Positions 11,988 through 33,499 of a stretch of DNA of 64,000 nt are shown one piece after another. Under the pieces are notes generated by a model that worked only from the letters and a program-made list of their open reading frames with translations, was not told where the DNA came from and did no database searches. How positions within the stretch are numbered: the first letter of the stretch is position 1; the number at the start of each line of letters is the position of its first letter. This stretch comes from Macrostomum lignano (taxonomy: Eukaryota), in NCBI GenBank assembly GCA_002269645.1, contig NIVC01000491.1, forward strand, positions 310,001-374,000. Direction: 5' to 3'. The position numbers were made by a program, and so were the translations under genes.

Positions 11988-12127
11988 GCTGGCTGTTTTG
12001 ACGGAGTCGTATAGAGCTTACGCTCGAATATCCTCAAACATCCTGTTAGTTGGTCGCTGATCTGTGCAGCAGTAACAGATACATTTGAGAGTTTGAGACG
12101 CTTTGTAATCTTTTGTCTGTTTTGTAT

Positions 12128-12740
12128 CCCTGTCTCTTGGTGGGTGCCCCTGTCTCTTGGTGGGTGCCCCTGTCTCTTGGTGGGTGCCCCTGTCTCTTGG
12201 TGGGTGCCCCTGTCTCTTAGTGGACGCCCCTGTCTCTTGGTGGGCGTCCCTGTCTCTTGGTGGGCGTCCCTGTCTCTTGATGGGTGCCCCTGTCTCTTGG
12301 TGGGCGCCCCTGTCTCTTGGTGGGTGCCCCTGTCTCTTAGTGGGCGCCCCTGTCTCTTGGTGGGCGTCCCTGTCTCTTAATGGGAACCCCTGTCTCTTGG
12401 TTGGCGCCCCTGTTTTTTAATTGGAGACCCTGTCTCTTGGAGGGCGCCCTTTTCTTTGAATTGGCGCCCCCGTCTCCTAATGGGCGCCCCTGTCTCTTGG
12501 TGGGCGCCGCCTGTCTCTTAATGGGTTCTCTTGGTGGGCGTCCCTGTTTTTTTAATGGGAGCCCGGCCTGTCTCTTATAGGGCGCGTCTATCTCTTGGTG
12601 GGCGCCCCTGTCTCTTGGTGAGCACCCTTGTCTCTTGGTGAGCGCCCCTGTCTCTAATGGGCGCCCTTGTCTCTTGGTGGGCGCCCCCGTCTCTTGGTTG
12701 GCCCCCTGTCTCTAAATGGCCGCCCCTGTCTCTTTGCAGG
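12128..12740. repeat. 20-bp minisatellite, same family as 1621-2745
   Basis: About 30 CCTGTCTCTTGGTGGGYGCC units starting about 140 bp after the stop at 11987. Confidence 0.95.
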
Positions 12741-13001
12741 CGCCTTTCTTGTAGTGAACATCGACTTGTTTAATGTAAAAACTAAAATTCTGTCTTTTTA
12801 ATTTTTCAAAATTTATTCTGTTTCATTCGTTTAATTTTTGCCTCCAAAAGATAAAAACAAAACTTTATTTATATATCCTCCCTTAGGCCTTAGGCTTTAT
12901 GGCCTGGCCATAGACTATAGAAGAGTATTTCTTTGAAAATTTAGTCTATGGTAGAAAGCCCCACACCCTTATCTATACCGTGGGCACTGCCTTCATTGAT
13001 A

Positions 13002-13685
13002 TCGCTTTTGACGCTCTAGATAAGACTTTAGACATTCAAAATAAGACTGCATAGGATCGCAAGCAAGGCCAGGCTAGCCACGGCCAGAGCATGCCCAGTC
13101 TTGGCTGCAGGAATGGCTTGGCCATAGACTAAAAATGGAATATCAAAATGAGAATAAGACGCTCAATATGAGACTGAATGTGAAAGCCTTCAGATATCGC
13201 TCTAACCCTCTGACCTTCAGCCAGCTCTCCTTCTTCACCCCTTGGGTTGCATCTGACCCCTTGGATTTCACTGTGATGGCACCATCGATTCCTGCAGCAG
13301 ACCGTCAGCGTCTGATCGACGCAGTAAACAATGGATCAACCATCCTAGCTGCCGCTCAAATTCTCAAGATCAAGAGAGCGTCCGCCTTTAGGATCGCTGC
13401 GGAGTTCCGCCTCCATGGCAGAGTTGAATCCCTACCTCGTGGCGGTCGGAGAGAAGAAAATTGCAAGGCTGACAACGACTGCCAAAAAGCAAATAAATTA
13501 CGTTCACTCCCGGTCTCATATTGAGCGTCTTATTCTCATTTTGATATTCCATTTTTAGTCTAAGGCCAAGCCATTCCTGCAGCCAAGACTGGGCATGCTC
13601 TGGCCGTGGCTAGCCTGGCCTTGCTTGCGATCCTATGCAGTCTTATTTTGAATGTCTAAAGTCTTATCTAGAGCGTCAAAAGCGA
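13002..13685 (+). mobile_element. Tc1/mariner-like internally deleted non-autonomous element
   Basis: About 170-bp TIRs (13002-13173 and 13510-13685) flanked by TA on both sides (TA|TCGCTTTTG...CAAAAGCGA|TA). The interior keeps a transposase N-terminal HTH remnant, MAPSIPAADRQRLIDAVNNGSTILAAAQILKIKRASAFRIAAEFRLHGRVESLPRGGRR. Confidence 0.85.
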
Positions 13686-14243
13686 TACTGCAAATAAAGA
13701 GACAACTTAAAAAACACGCAGTTCAATTTAGAATTTATATCAGCCAAAAGAGAACAAAACTGCGACTATACTACTGCCAGCGATATTAGTATATAACGTT
13801 TATTGATTTATTTTATTATCAATCAGAAAATTATAGAAAAGAGATGGCAAACTTGTTTTGAAACAGATTTTTCTGAATAACAAAAGCAAACCGGTAGATT
13901 AATCAAGATTAATAGAAACCACAGGAAATTAGTTAACTGTTTTGCTGAATAAAAAGCATCTGAATTGAAAACAAGAGCCAACAAAAAACGCACTGTTGTA
14001 TCCACCGAGTTACAAGACTTGGAAAACTTTAATAACCATTTCATTATTATTTTGTGCGCTTATTTCTTAGTAATAAATATAAAGCAACTAAAAATTTAGA
14101 CAAAAAAGACACACAATCAAATGACAGGCCAATAATCAATACTAATTAGCATATTATAATTATATGTTAGGTTTACTGTCAATTGTTAGGATTCTGTTGA
14201 ATAAATAAAACAAGTGATCATCAAATCGTGATTGTTTGTTTTT

Positions 14244-21716
<7,473 letters not shown>

Positions 21717-24529
21717 TCATTACGTCTTAGGGGGGAGCAGATCAGAGGTAAAAAATGTGGATTTTTTTAAGTTTCTGAAACCGAATCCGAATATCCGAAT
21801 GTTTCCAAATGCAAGAAAAAGTAAAAGGTAAACGGCGGGAGTAACTATAACTTTTTTAAGTAACAAAAATGCCTCGTCATCTAATTAGTAGTCTACTCTA
21901 GTTGTGGGACGATGAGCCAGTAAGTAGTATAGAAAAAAAGGCGAGCGAAGCGAGAATTTTTTTCTATACTGCTTACTTTTGCGAAATCGTCCCTGATAAG
22001 ATGTAGCAACGGTGTCACATAGGAAAATGACGTTTTTCAACTTTGAAACGCTGCCAATAAAAAACGGTACGACCGATTTGCAAACAGTTTTTGCCAAAAT
22101 GTGTCAAAGACTTAGGGCTACCAGAGCCGCAGGGTTTGGTTGCCATGGCGACGCTTTTTGGTTGCCATGGCAACCAAAAACTGCGTTTTTTCAACTTTTT
22201 CAAAAAATTTGATTTTAATTACAGCGGCAGGAAATTATGGCAGCGCTTAGTGAGTGTGCTCAATAGACGCGGGCATTCGAACGCTACAATGATCCGAAAT
22301 GGATTTTTTGATTGCACTTTAACTTTTAGGCTAAAAGTACAAAAAACGTGTTTTTTGAGGTCGAAAATTTGGCATTTTTTTCAACTTTGCCACACCGCAG
22401 CGAAAAGGACGCGCTTTCGCGCGGCCTTTGAGCTGCCTCCTAGCGTTGACAACACTTGGGGCTGTCTGATGCGCTAGATTTTTTTTGGCTAAAATGTACT
22501 TTTCACATGGCTGCCTATCTGCTGTTTAAAAGTACAAATTTTTAGTGCACTTTTGTAAGGCCTATGGCGTCGAGATGGAAAACTTTATTTTTGCTGTTTT
22601 GTATACCAAATAACTCAAATGGATGTCTTTTAATCGGAAACATCGAGATTTGGCCGATTGGGCCATCAATAACCTGCCCAGGTGCCAAAGAGTGCCTAAA
22701 AACGACATTTTCGAAAAATTGGGTCACGTTTTTAAAAAGTAGTCCCAAAAAATAAGAAAGTGTTTTATGCTACGGTGTTGAGACTTTAACACAACGTGTC
22801 AAACATATGGAAATTTGTTTTCCTGAATTTTCTAAGCATTTGGACCTACCTGTGCGGAGCAGTGACCCGGAAACCAGGGAAAAAAGGGCCCGGGGGCTCT
22901 GCAGAAAATCAAACGTTGTTAAAGAAATTTTTTTAAAATGGGGCGAATTTTTTCGAGTGTAGTGTCAACTTGTAGCCCATCGGATGCCCTTTTGAATGAC
23001 ATAAGACACTGTGGAAAAAACCCCTGTTAACAGGTACTTTTTACCGGTTAAGTGAAAAACGGCCCATTTTGGGGTACAAACTTTGGAGTGGAAAAATAAG
23101 AAATTTTGCGCACCGATTTTTCTGCATTTTCAATATTGTTTAGTCGAATAGCTAAAGTTTCACCGGTCATACGCCAATATGGCTGGAAAATTCGTATTTT
23201 TGAGCAAACTGCATCTGATTTTTAAAAATGCAATTTTTCGGCCAATTTTTTGTACATGTTTTTCAACCTTGCCCGTACTGCAGCGAAAAGGACGCGCAAT
23301 AGCGCGGCTTTTGAGCTGCTGCCTAATGTCAACAACACCTGGGGCTTTTAGATGCGCTATAATTTTTTGGGCTAAAATGTACTTTTGACATGGCTGCCTA
23401 TCTGCACTTTAAAAGTACAAACCGTTTGTGCACTTTAAAGAGGCTTATCCTATACAGATGCAAATCTTGATTTTTTCAATTTTTCAACCCAAATCACTCA
23501 AATGGATGTCTTTTATTCGGAAATGCTGAGATCTGCTTGATTGGGCCATTCATTGCTGCTCTATATGGCTACAAGGGTCAAAAACAGTGTTTTTGAAAAT
23601 TTGGGTCACGTTTTCAAAAAGTAGTCTCCAAAAATAAGAAAGTGTTTTTAGCTACGGTGTTGAGATTTTAACAAAACGTGTCAAACATATGGAAATTTGT
23701 TTTCCTAAATTTTCTAAGCATTTGGAGCTACCTGTGCGGAGCAGTGACCCGGAAACCGGGGAAAAAAGAGGCCGGGGGACTCGACCAAAAAAGCATATGT
23801 TGTTAAAGAAAAATTTTTATTACTGGGCGAATTTTTTCAAGTGTGGTGTCAAATTGTAGCCCATCGGATGCCCGTTCGAATGGCGCAAGACACTCTGGAA
23901 AAAATACCTGTTAACAGGTACTTTTTACCTGTTAATTGAAAAACGGCCCTTTTGGGGTACAAACTTTGAAGTCGAAAAATAAGAAATTTTGCGCACCGAT
24001 TTTTCTGCATTTTCAATATTGTTTAGTCGAATAGCTGAAGTTTCACCGGTCATACGCCAATATGGCTGGAAAATTCGTATTTTTGAGAAAATTGGCTCCG
24101 AATTTTGAGTAGGCCATTTTTGGGCAAATTTTGAGCATACTTTTGCTAATAACTCTGCATTGGCGAGACCTAGAGACTCAAGTTTGGTGTCTAAAAACAG
24201 CACTATGGATGCATTATGCAGCTAAATCAGTTTTGAAAACTGATTCTTAGGTTAACAGGTCTTAATACCTGTTTGATTACCTGTCAGAACAGGTGAAAAT
24301 TAATATTTTGGCGCCTAGCAGCCGAAAAAATTTGTTGACATAGTTTGAAAATGCATTGGATGAATGCGCCTTGATGTTATCTCTGTAACGACATGCGACT
24401 CGTATTTTTAGGTTAAGGCGTTGCGATGCAGCGAGCAGAAATGTATGAAAAAGCAGCAAAAATCGTATAAGTGGCTACCATACATACGGAATATTCGATA
24501 TAAAGCGCGTGCACTGTAGAGCTTCGCTC

Positions 24530-24615
24530 AAGCGAGAGATGGATCGGGGCCGAAGGCAGTTGCTTTGTAAATGGCCTAAACACGGGTTCGAATCCCAAGT
24601 GGGCCAGGTTTTTTT
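24530..24615 (+). promoter_or_regulatory. tRNA-like Pol III module (B box GGTTCGAATCCC, weak A box, T7 terminator) in unit A
   Basis: GGGCCGAAGG...TTTGTAAAT...CACGGGTTCGAATCCCAAG...TTTTTTT, at the same position as the modules in units B and C. Confidence 0.5.
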
Positions 24616-24884
24616 ATATTTAATTTTTTTAGCAGGAACGGATTTATTAGTATTTTCAATTCTCTTTCACTTGAATATAATTTAATATTAATTGTTTAAT
24701 TTTCCTTTCCTTGTATACCTTATTAAAGAGTAAGAGTGAAGCTGAAAGTGCGGCACAGATGATTTGTTAGTGCAGAAAGAGTATTACGATACATATCGGC
24801 AAGTATGTGTTGCGTGGTCGCCAGAAGGCTTACAAGCAGTTTTAGCGTGCTAAAAAGATGTGTTAGAGGTGGGAAAATTTGCGG

Positions 24885-25240
24885 AGGGGTTAGGTGGGGG
24901 AGCGGGGTGTGTGGGGCGGCAGCCCCCACAATACGCAAACCCCAACAACAACCACCCTCCCCAACAACAACGCGCGGGAGGGGTGGGGGAGCGGGGGTGT
25001 GGGGGCAGCAGCCCCACGTTACGCAAACCCCCCAACAACAACCACCCTCCCCAACAACAACGCGCGGGAGGGGTGGGGGAGCGGGGGTGTGGGGGCGGCA
25101 GCCCCCACGTTACGCAAACCCCCCAACAACAACCACCCCCAACAACAACAACAACAACCCAACAACAACAAAAACCCCAACAACAACAACCCCTTTTACA
25201 ACCAACAAACAACAACAACCGCCTTAACAACCCTTTCTAC
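24885..25240. repeat. About 90-bp G/C- and CAA-rich tandem array in unit A
   Basis: ACCACCCTCC recurs at 24951 and 25041, and the array decays into (CAA)n. Confidence 0.85.
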
Positions 25241-28200
25241 ACAACAGCAGAGTGGATATTCTTGTAATCTAATAAAATATTTTTTATTATTATATTTCCA
25301 CAGTTATTATAAACTTTGTTTAAATCAAATTGAAAATGCAGTATAGCCGTAAAATATAAAAACACGATATAGCGTTTTAATTAGTTCTTAATTTGGGTTA
25401 AATAAATAGGTCATAGCCATAAACAATAATGGACATAATAAACCATCATAAGTATTTTTATTAATTTTTTTAAATAGTTATGCTTAAACTTTGTTTAAAT
25501 TAAATTATAATCAACTAAGCTTCTTAGTTTTTTTTTAAATTTAAAATTAGGCCATAAAAGTTACGAACAATATATAAACCATCGTCCCACCTTTGAAGAC
25601 GACAGCGTCTTCATTCACTAGTTGTGGGACGATGAGCCAGTAAGTAGTATAGGAAAAAATGCGAGCGAAGCGAGAATTTTTTTCTATGCTGCTTACTTTT
25701 GCAAAATCGTCCCTGATAAGATGTAACGCCGTTGCACACACTAAAAATGACGTTTTTCAACTTTTAAACGCTGCCAATAAAAAACGGTACGACCGATTTA
25801 CAAACAGTTTTTGCCAAAATGTGTCAAAGACCTAGCGCTATCGGATGCACAATAGTTGGTTGCCATGGCAACGCGTTTTGGTTGCCATGGCAACCAAAAA
25901 CTGCGTTTTTTCTACATTGTCAAAAAAATTTGATCTCAAAAAATAAGGATTGAGAATATGGCAGCGCTTAGCGAGTGGGCTCAGTAAGCGCGGGCATTCA
26001 AACGCTGCAATGATCAGAAATTGATTTTTTGATTGTACTTTAACTTTTAGGGTAAAAGTACAAAAAACGTGTTTTTTGAGGTCGAAAAATCGGCATTTTT
26101 TTCAACTTTGCCTCACGGCAGCGAAAAGGACGCGCGATAGCGCGGCCTTTGAGCTGCCTCATAGCGTCAATAACACCTGGGGCTGTTTGATGCGCTATAA
26201 TTTTTAGGGCTAAAATGTACTTTTCACATGGCTGCCTATCTGCTGTTTAAAAGTACAAATTTTTAGTGCACTTTTGTGAGGCCTATGGCCTCGAGATGGA
26301 AAACTTTATTTTTGCTGTTTTGCATACCAAATAACTCAAATGGATGTCTTTTAATCGGAAACATCGAGATTTGGCCGATTGGGCCATCAATAACCTGCCC
26401 AGGTGCCAAAGAGTGCCTAAAAACGACATTTTCGAAAAATTGGGTCACGTTTTTAAAAAGTAGTCCCAAAAAATAAAAAAGTGTTTTATGCTACGGTGTT
26501 GAGACTTTAACACAACGTGTCAAACATTTGGAAATTTGTTTTCCTGAATTTTCTAAGCATTTGGACCTACCTGTGCGGAGCAGTGACCCGGAAACCAGGG
26601 AAAAAAGGGCCCGGGGGCTCTGCAGAAAATCAAACGTTGTTAAGGAAATTTTTTTAAAATGGGGCGAATTTTTTCGAGTGTAGTGTCAACTTGTAGCCCA
26701 TCGGATGCCCTTTTGAATGACATAAGACACTGTGGAAAAAACCCCTGTTAACAGGTACTTTTTACCGGTTAAGTGAAAAACGGCCCATTTTGGGGTACAA
26801 ACTTTGGAGTAGAAAAATAAGAAATTCTGCGCACCGATTTTTCTGCATTTTCTATATTGTTTAGTCGAATAGCTAAAGTTTCACCGGTCATACGCCAATA
26901 TGGCTGGAAAATTCGTATTTTTGAGCAAACTGCATCTGATTTTTAAAAATGCAATTTTTCGGCCAATTTTTTGTACATGTTTTTCAACCTTGCCCGTACT
27001 GCAGCGAAAAGGACGCGCAATAGCGCGGCTTTTGAGCTGCTGCCTAATGTCAACAACACCTGGGGCTTATAGATGCGCTATAATTTTTTGGGCTAAAATG
27101 TACTTTTGACATGGCTGCCTATCTGCACTTTAAAAGTACAAACCGTTTGTGCACTTTAAAGAGGCTTATCCTATACAGATGCAAATCTTGATTTTTTTAA
27201 TTTTTCAACCCAAATCACTCAAATGGATGTCTTCTATTCGGAAATGCTGAGATCTGCTTGATTGGGCCATTCATTGCTGCTCTATATGGCTACAAGGGTC
27301 AAAAACAGTGTTTTTGAAAATTTGGGTCACGTTTTCAAAAAGTAGTCTCCAAAAATAAGAAAGTGTTTTTAGCTACGGTGTTGAGATTTTAACAAAACGT
27401 GTCAAACATATGGAAATTTGTTTTCCTAAATTTTCTAAGCATTTGGACCTACCTGTGCGGAGCAGTGACCCGGAAACCGGGGAAAAAAGAGGCCGGGGGA
27501 CTCGACCAAAAAACCATATGTTGTTAAAGAAAAATTTTTATTACTCGGCGAATTTTTTCGAGTGTAGTGTCAAATTGTAGCCCATCGGATGCCCGTTCGA
27601 ATGGCGCAAGACACTCTGGAAAAAATACCTGTTAACAGGTACTTTTTACCTGTTAAGTGAAAAACGGCCCTTTTGGGGTACAAACTTTGAAGTCGAAAAA
27701 TAAGAAATTTTGCGCACCGATTTTTCTGCATTTTCAATATTGTTTAGTCGAATAGCTGAAGTTACACCGGTCATACGCCAATATGGCTGGAAAATTCGTA
27801 TTTTTGAGAAAATTGGCTCCGAATTTTGAGTAGGCCATTTTTGGGCAAATTTTGAGCATACTTTTGCTAATAACTCTGCATTGGCGAGACCTAGAGACTC
27901 AAGTTTGGTGTCTAAAAACAGCACTATGGATGCATTATGCAGCTAAATCAGTTTTGAAAACTGATTCTTAGGTTAACAGGTCTTAATACCTGTTTGATTA
28001 CCTGTCAGAACAGGTGAAAATTAATATTTTGGCGCCTAGCAGCCGAAAAATTTGTTGACATAATTTGAAAATGCATTGGATGAATGCGCCTTGATGTTAT
28101 CTCTGTAACGACATGCGACTCGTATTTTTAGGTAGAAGCGTTGCGATGCAACGAGCAGAAATGTATGAAAAAGCAGAAAAAATGGTAGAAATGGCTGCTA

Positions 28201-28249
28201 TTAGCGATATTCGATATAAAATACGTGTACAATAGGCCAACTTAGTAAG

Positions 28250-28335
28250 CAATTTGTGGCTCAGTGGCAGAGTTAGTTTCCATATAATTGAGTGCTGCAG
28301 GGTTCGATTCCCAAGAGATCCGAAAAATTTTTAGT
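28250..28335 (+). promoter_or_regulatory. tRNA-like Pol III module in unit B
   Basis: A box TGGCTCAGTGG (28257-28267), B box GGTTCGATTCC (28301-28311), then an oligo-T. No intact cloverleaf. Confidence 0.65.
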
Positions 28336-28639
28336 TTAAAGTTCTTTTAGAGCAAACAGATTTTTAGTATTTTTATTTCTCTAACTATTATGTTTTTTAT
28401 ACAATTAAATTACATTTATTTAAATTTATTTTTCTTTTTATACGTATTTAAAGAGTAACAGTGAATCTTTTAGTGCGGCACGTATGATTGTTAGTGCAAA
28501 AAGTATATTACGATACATGTCGGCAAGCAAGTATTTGATGTCTGGTCGTTTGAAGGCTAGAATATAGTTGTAACATATTACAAAGACGTGTTTAGATGTG
28601 GGAAAAGTTCTCGAGGGGTGGTGGAGCGGTGGGGGAGCC

Positions 28640-30350
28640 AGCCCCCCTTTACCACTAGACTAACTAATGCCAGGGGCGTGGGGGCGGCTAGCCCCCCACT
28701 ATACCACTATACCACTAGACTAACTAATGCCAGGGGCGTGGGGGCGGCCAGCCCCCCACTATACCACTAGACTAACTAATGCCAGGGGCGTGGGGGCGGC
28801 CAGCCCCCCACTATACCACTAGACTAACTAATGCCAGGGGCGTGGGGGGCGGCCAGCCCCCTACTATACCACTAGACTAACAAATGCCAGGGGCGTGAGG
28901 GGGGGCGGCTAGCCCCCCACTATACCACTAGACTAACTAATGCCAGGGGCGTGGGGGGCGGCCAGCCCCCCACTATACCACTAGACTAACTAATGCCAGG
29001 GGCGTGGGGGGCGGCCAGCCCCCACTATACTACTAGACTAACTAATGCCAGGGGCGTGGGGGCGGCCAGCCCCCCACTATACCACTAGACTAACTAATGC
29101 CAGGGGCGTGGGGGGCGGCCAGCCCCCCACTATACCACTAGACTAACTAATGCCAGGGGCGTGGGGGCGGCGAGCCCCCCACTATACCACTAGACTAATA
29201 ATGCCAGGGGCGTGGGGGGCGGCCAGCCCCCACTATACCACTAGACTAACTAATGCCAGGGGCGTGGGGGCGGCGAGCCCCCCACTATACCACTAGACTA
29301 ACTAATGCCAGGGGCGTGGGGGCGGCCAGCCCCCACTATACCACTTAGACTAACTAATGCCAGGGGCGTGGGGGCGGCCAGCCCCCACTATACCACTAGA
29401 CTAACTAATGCCAGGGGCGTGGGGGCGGCCAGCCCCCCACTATACCACTTAGACTAACTAATGCCAGGGGCGTGGGGGCGGCCAGCCCCCCACTATACCA
29501 CTAGACTAACTAATGCCAGGGGCGTGGGGGCGGCCAGCCCCCCACTATACCACTAGACTAATAAATGCCAGGGGCGTGGGGGCGGCCAGCCCCCACTATA
29601 CCACTAGACTAACTAATGCCAGGGGCGTGGGGGGCGGCTAGCCCCCACTATACCACTAGACTAACTAATGCCAGGGGCGTGGGGGCGGCCAGCCCCCTAC
29701 TATACCACTAGACTAACTAATGTCAGGGGCGTGGGGGCGGCCAGCCCCCACTATACCACTTAGACTAACTAATGCCAGGGGCCTGGGGGCGGCCAGCCCC
29801 CCACTATACCACTAGACTAACTAATGCCAGGGGCGTGGGGGCGGCCAGCCCCCACTATACCACAAGACTAACTAATGCCAGGGGCGTGGGGGCGGCCAGC
29901 CCCCACTATACCACTAGACTAACTAATGCCAGGGGCGTGGGGGGCGGCCAGCCCCCACTATACCACTAGACTAACTAATGCCAGGGGCGTGGGGGCGGCC
30001 AGCCCCCCACTATACCACTAGACTAACTAATGCCAGGGGCGTGGGGGCGGCCAGCCCCCACTATACCACTAGACTAACTAATGCCAGGGGCGTGGGGGCG
30101 GCCAGCCCCCCACTATACCACTAGACTAACTAATGCCAGGGGCGTGGGGGGCGGCCAGCCCCCTACTATACCACTAGACTAACTAATGCCAGGGGCGTGG
30201 GGGGCGGCCAGCCCCCACTATACCACTATACCACTAGACTAACTAATGCCAGGGGCGTGGGGGGCGGCCAGCCCCCACTATACCACTTAGACTAACTAAT
30301 GCCAGGGCGGCCAGCCCCCCACTATACCACTAGACTAACTAATGCCAGGA
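28640..30350. repeat. About 52-bp minisatellite (CCACTAGACTAACTAATGCCAGGGGCGTGGGGGCGGCCAGCCCCCCACTATA) in unit B
   Basis: About 33 units, varying mostly in G/C run length. Confidence 0.95.
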
Positions 30351-33099
30351 GCGTGGGGGGCTTTTTAGCTCTCAATTTAGGTTAAATAAATAGATGTCAT
30401 AGCCATAAACAATAATTGACACAATATAAACCATCGTCCCACCTTTGAAGACGACAGCGTCTTCATTCACTAGTTGTGGGACGATGAGCCAGTAAGTAGT
30501 ATAGAAAAAAAGGCGAGCGAAGCGAGAATTTTTTTCTATACTGCTTACTTTTGCGAAATCGTCCCTGATAAGATGTAGCAACGGTGTCACATAGGAAAAT
30601 GACGTTTTTCAACTTTGAAACGCTGCCAATAAAAAAACGGTACGACCGATTTGCAAACAGTTTTTGCCAAAATGTGTCAAAGACTTAGGGCTACCAGAGC
30701 CGCAGTGTTTGGTTGCCATGGCAATGCGTTTTGGTTGCCATGGCAACCAAAAACTGCGTTTTTTCGACATTGTCAAAAAATTTGATCTCAATTACAGCGG
30801 CAGGAAATTATGGCAGCGCTTAGTGAGTGTGCTCAAAAGACGCGGGCATTAAAACGCTACAATGATCCGAAATGGATTTTTTGATTGTACTTTTACTTCA
30901 CAGGTAAAAGTACAAAAAACGTGTTTTTTGAGGTCGAAAATTGGCATTTTTTTCAACTTTGCCTCACCGCAGCGAAAAGGACGCGCGATAGCGCGGCCTT
31001 TGAGCTGCCTCATAGCGTCAATAACACCTGGGGCTGTTTGATGCGCTATAGTTTTTAGGGCTAAAATGTACTTTTCACATGGCTGCCTATCTGCTGTTTA
31101 AAAGTACAAATTTTTAGTGCACTTTTGTGAGGCCTATGGCGTCGAGATGGAAAACTTTATTTTTGCTGTTTTGCATACCAAATAACTCAAATAGATGTCT
31201 TTTAATCGGAAACATCGAGATTTGGCCGATTGGGCCATCAATAACCTGCCCAGGTGCCAAAGAGTGCCTAAAAACGACATTTTCGAAAAATTGGGTCACG
31301 TTTTTAAAAAGTAGTCCCAAAAAATAAGAAAGTGTTTTATGCTACGGTGTTGAGACTTTAACACAACGTGTCAAACATATGGAAATTTGTTTTCCTGAAT
31401 TTTCTAAGCATTTGGACCTACCTGTGCGGAGCAGTGACCCGGAAACCGGGGAAAAAAGAGGCCGGGGGCTCTGCAGAAAATCAGACGTTGTTAAGAAAAA
31501 ATTTTTAAAATGGGGCGAATTTTTTCGAGTGTAGTGTCAAATTGTAGCCCATCGGATGCCCTTTTGAATGACATAAGACACTCCTGAAAAAACCCCTGTT
31601 AACAGGTACTTTTTACCTGTTAAGTGAAAAACGGCCCATTTGGGGGTACAAACTTTGGAGTGGAAAAATAAGAAATTTTGCGCACCGATTTTTCTGCATT
31701 TTCAATATTGTTTAGTCGAATAGCTGAAGTTTAATAGGTCATACGCCAATATGGCTGGAAAATTCGTATTTTTGAGCAAACTGCATCTGATTTTTAAAAA
31801 TGCAATTTTTCGGCCAATTTTTTGTACATGTTTTTCAACCTTGCCCGTACTGCAGCGAAAAGGACGCGCAATAGCGCGGCTTTTGAGCTGCTGCCTAATG
31901 TCAACAACACCTGGGGCTTTTAGATGCGCTATAATTTTTTGGGCTAAAATGTACTTTTGACATGGCTGCCTATCTGCACTTTAAAAGTACAAACCGTTTG
32001 TGCACTTTAAAGAGGCTTATCCTATACAGATGCAAATCTTGATTTTTTCAATTTTTCAACCCAAATCACTCAAATGGATGTCTTCTATTCGGAAATGCTG
32101 AGATCTGCTTGATTGGGCCATTCATTGCTGCTCTATATGGCTACAAGGGTCAAAAACAGTGTTTTTGAAAATTTGGGTCACGTTTTCAAAAAGTAGTCTC
32201 CAAAAATAAGAAAGTGTTTTAAGCTACAGTGTTGAGATTTTAACAAAACGTGTCAAACATATGGAAATTTGTTTTCATAAATTTTCTAAGCATTTGGACC
32301 TACCGGTGCGGAGCAGTGACCCGGAAACCGGGGAAAAAAGAGGCCGGGGGACTCGACCAAAAAACCATATGTTGTTAAAGAAAAATTTTTATTACTGGGC
32401 GAATTTTTTCGAGTGTGGTGTCAAATTGTAGCCCATTGGATGCCCGTTCGAATGGCGCAAGACACTCTGGAAAAAATACCTGTTAACAGGTACTTTTTAC
32501 CTGTTAAGTGAAAAACGGCCCATTTGGGGTACAAACTTTGAAGTCGAAAAATAAGAAATTTTGCGCACCGATTTTTCTGCATTTTCAATATTGTTTAGTC
32601 GAATAGCTGAAGTTTAATAGGTCATACGCCAATATGGCTGGAAAATTCGTATTTTTGAGAAAATTGGCTCCAAATTTTGAGTAAGCTATTTTTGGGCAAA
32701 TTTTGAGCATACTTTTGCTAATAACTCTGCATTGGCAAGGCCTAGAGACTCAAGTTTGGTGTCTAAAAACAGCACTACTGATGTACTATGCAACTAAATT
32801 AGTTTTGAAAATTGATTCTTAGGTTAACAGGTCTTAATACCTGTTTGATTACCTGTCAGAACAGGTGAAAATGCATTATTTGGCGCCTAGGAGCCGAAAA
32901 ATTTGTTGACATAATTTGAAAATGCATTGGATGAATGCGCCTTGATGTTATCTCAGTAACGACATGCGACTCGTATTTTTAGGTAGAAGCGTTGCGATGC
33001 AACGAGCAGAAATGTATGAAAAAGCAGCAAAAATGGTAGAAATGGCTGCTATTAGCGATATTCGATATAAAATACGTGTACTATAGGCCAACTTAGTAA

Positions 33100-33185
33100 G
33101 CAATTTGTGGCTCAGTGGCAGAGTTAGTTTCCATATAATTGAGTGCTGCAGGGTTCGATTCCCAAGAGATCCGAAAAATTTTTAG
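33100..33185 (+). promoter_or_regulatory. tRNA-like Pol III module in unit C
   Basis: A box TGGCTCAGTGG (33108-33118), B box GGTTCGATTCC (33152-33162), then an oligo-T. Confidence 0.65.
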
Positions 33186-33499
33186 TTTAAAGTTCTTTTA
33201 GAGCAAACAGATTTTTAGTATTTTTATTTCTCTAACTATTATGTTTTTTATACAATTAAATTACATTTATTTAAATTTATTTTTCTTTTTATACGTATTT
33301 AAAGAGTAACAGTGAATCTTTTAGTGCGGCACGTATGATTGTTAGTGCAAAAAGTATATTACGATACATGTCGGCAAGCAAGTATTTGATGTCTGGTCGT
33401 TTGAAGGCTAGAATATAGTTGTAACATATTACAAAGACGTGTTTAGATGTGGAAAAAGTTCTCGAGGGGTGGTGGAGCGGTGGGGGAGCCAGCCCCCCT

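Larger units (their letters stand above)
21902..25621 (+). mobile_element. Non-autonomous Helentron/Helitron2-like element, tandem unit A
   Basis: Starts TTGTGGGACGATG. Ends CATCGTCCCAC (asymmetric subterminal inverted repeat), then hairpin TGAAGACG-ACAG-CGTCTTCA, then TTCACTAG. Has an internal duplication of about 880 bp, a tRNA-like module and a tandem array. No ORF. Confidence 0.75.
25622..30473 (+). mobile_element. Non-autonomous Helentron/Helitron2-like element, tandem unit B
   Basis: Same termini as unit A, joined directly at ...TTCACTAG|TTGTGGGACG. The body is near-identical to units A and C. Confidence 0.75.

Noticed and set aside
22012-31960. Recurrent 60-130-aa ORFs repeated in units A, B and C
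   Set aside because: They recur only because the units are copies. There are no Rep/helicase or other motifs, and they overlap on both strands.
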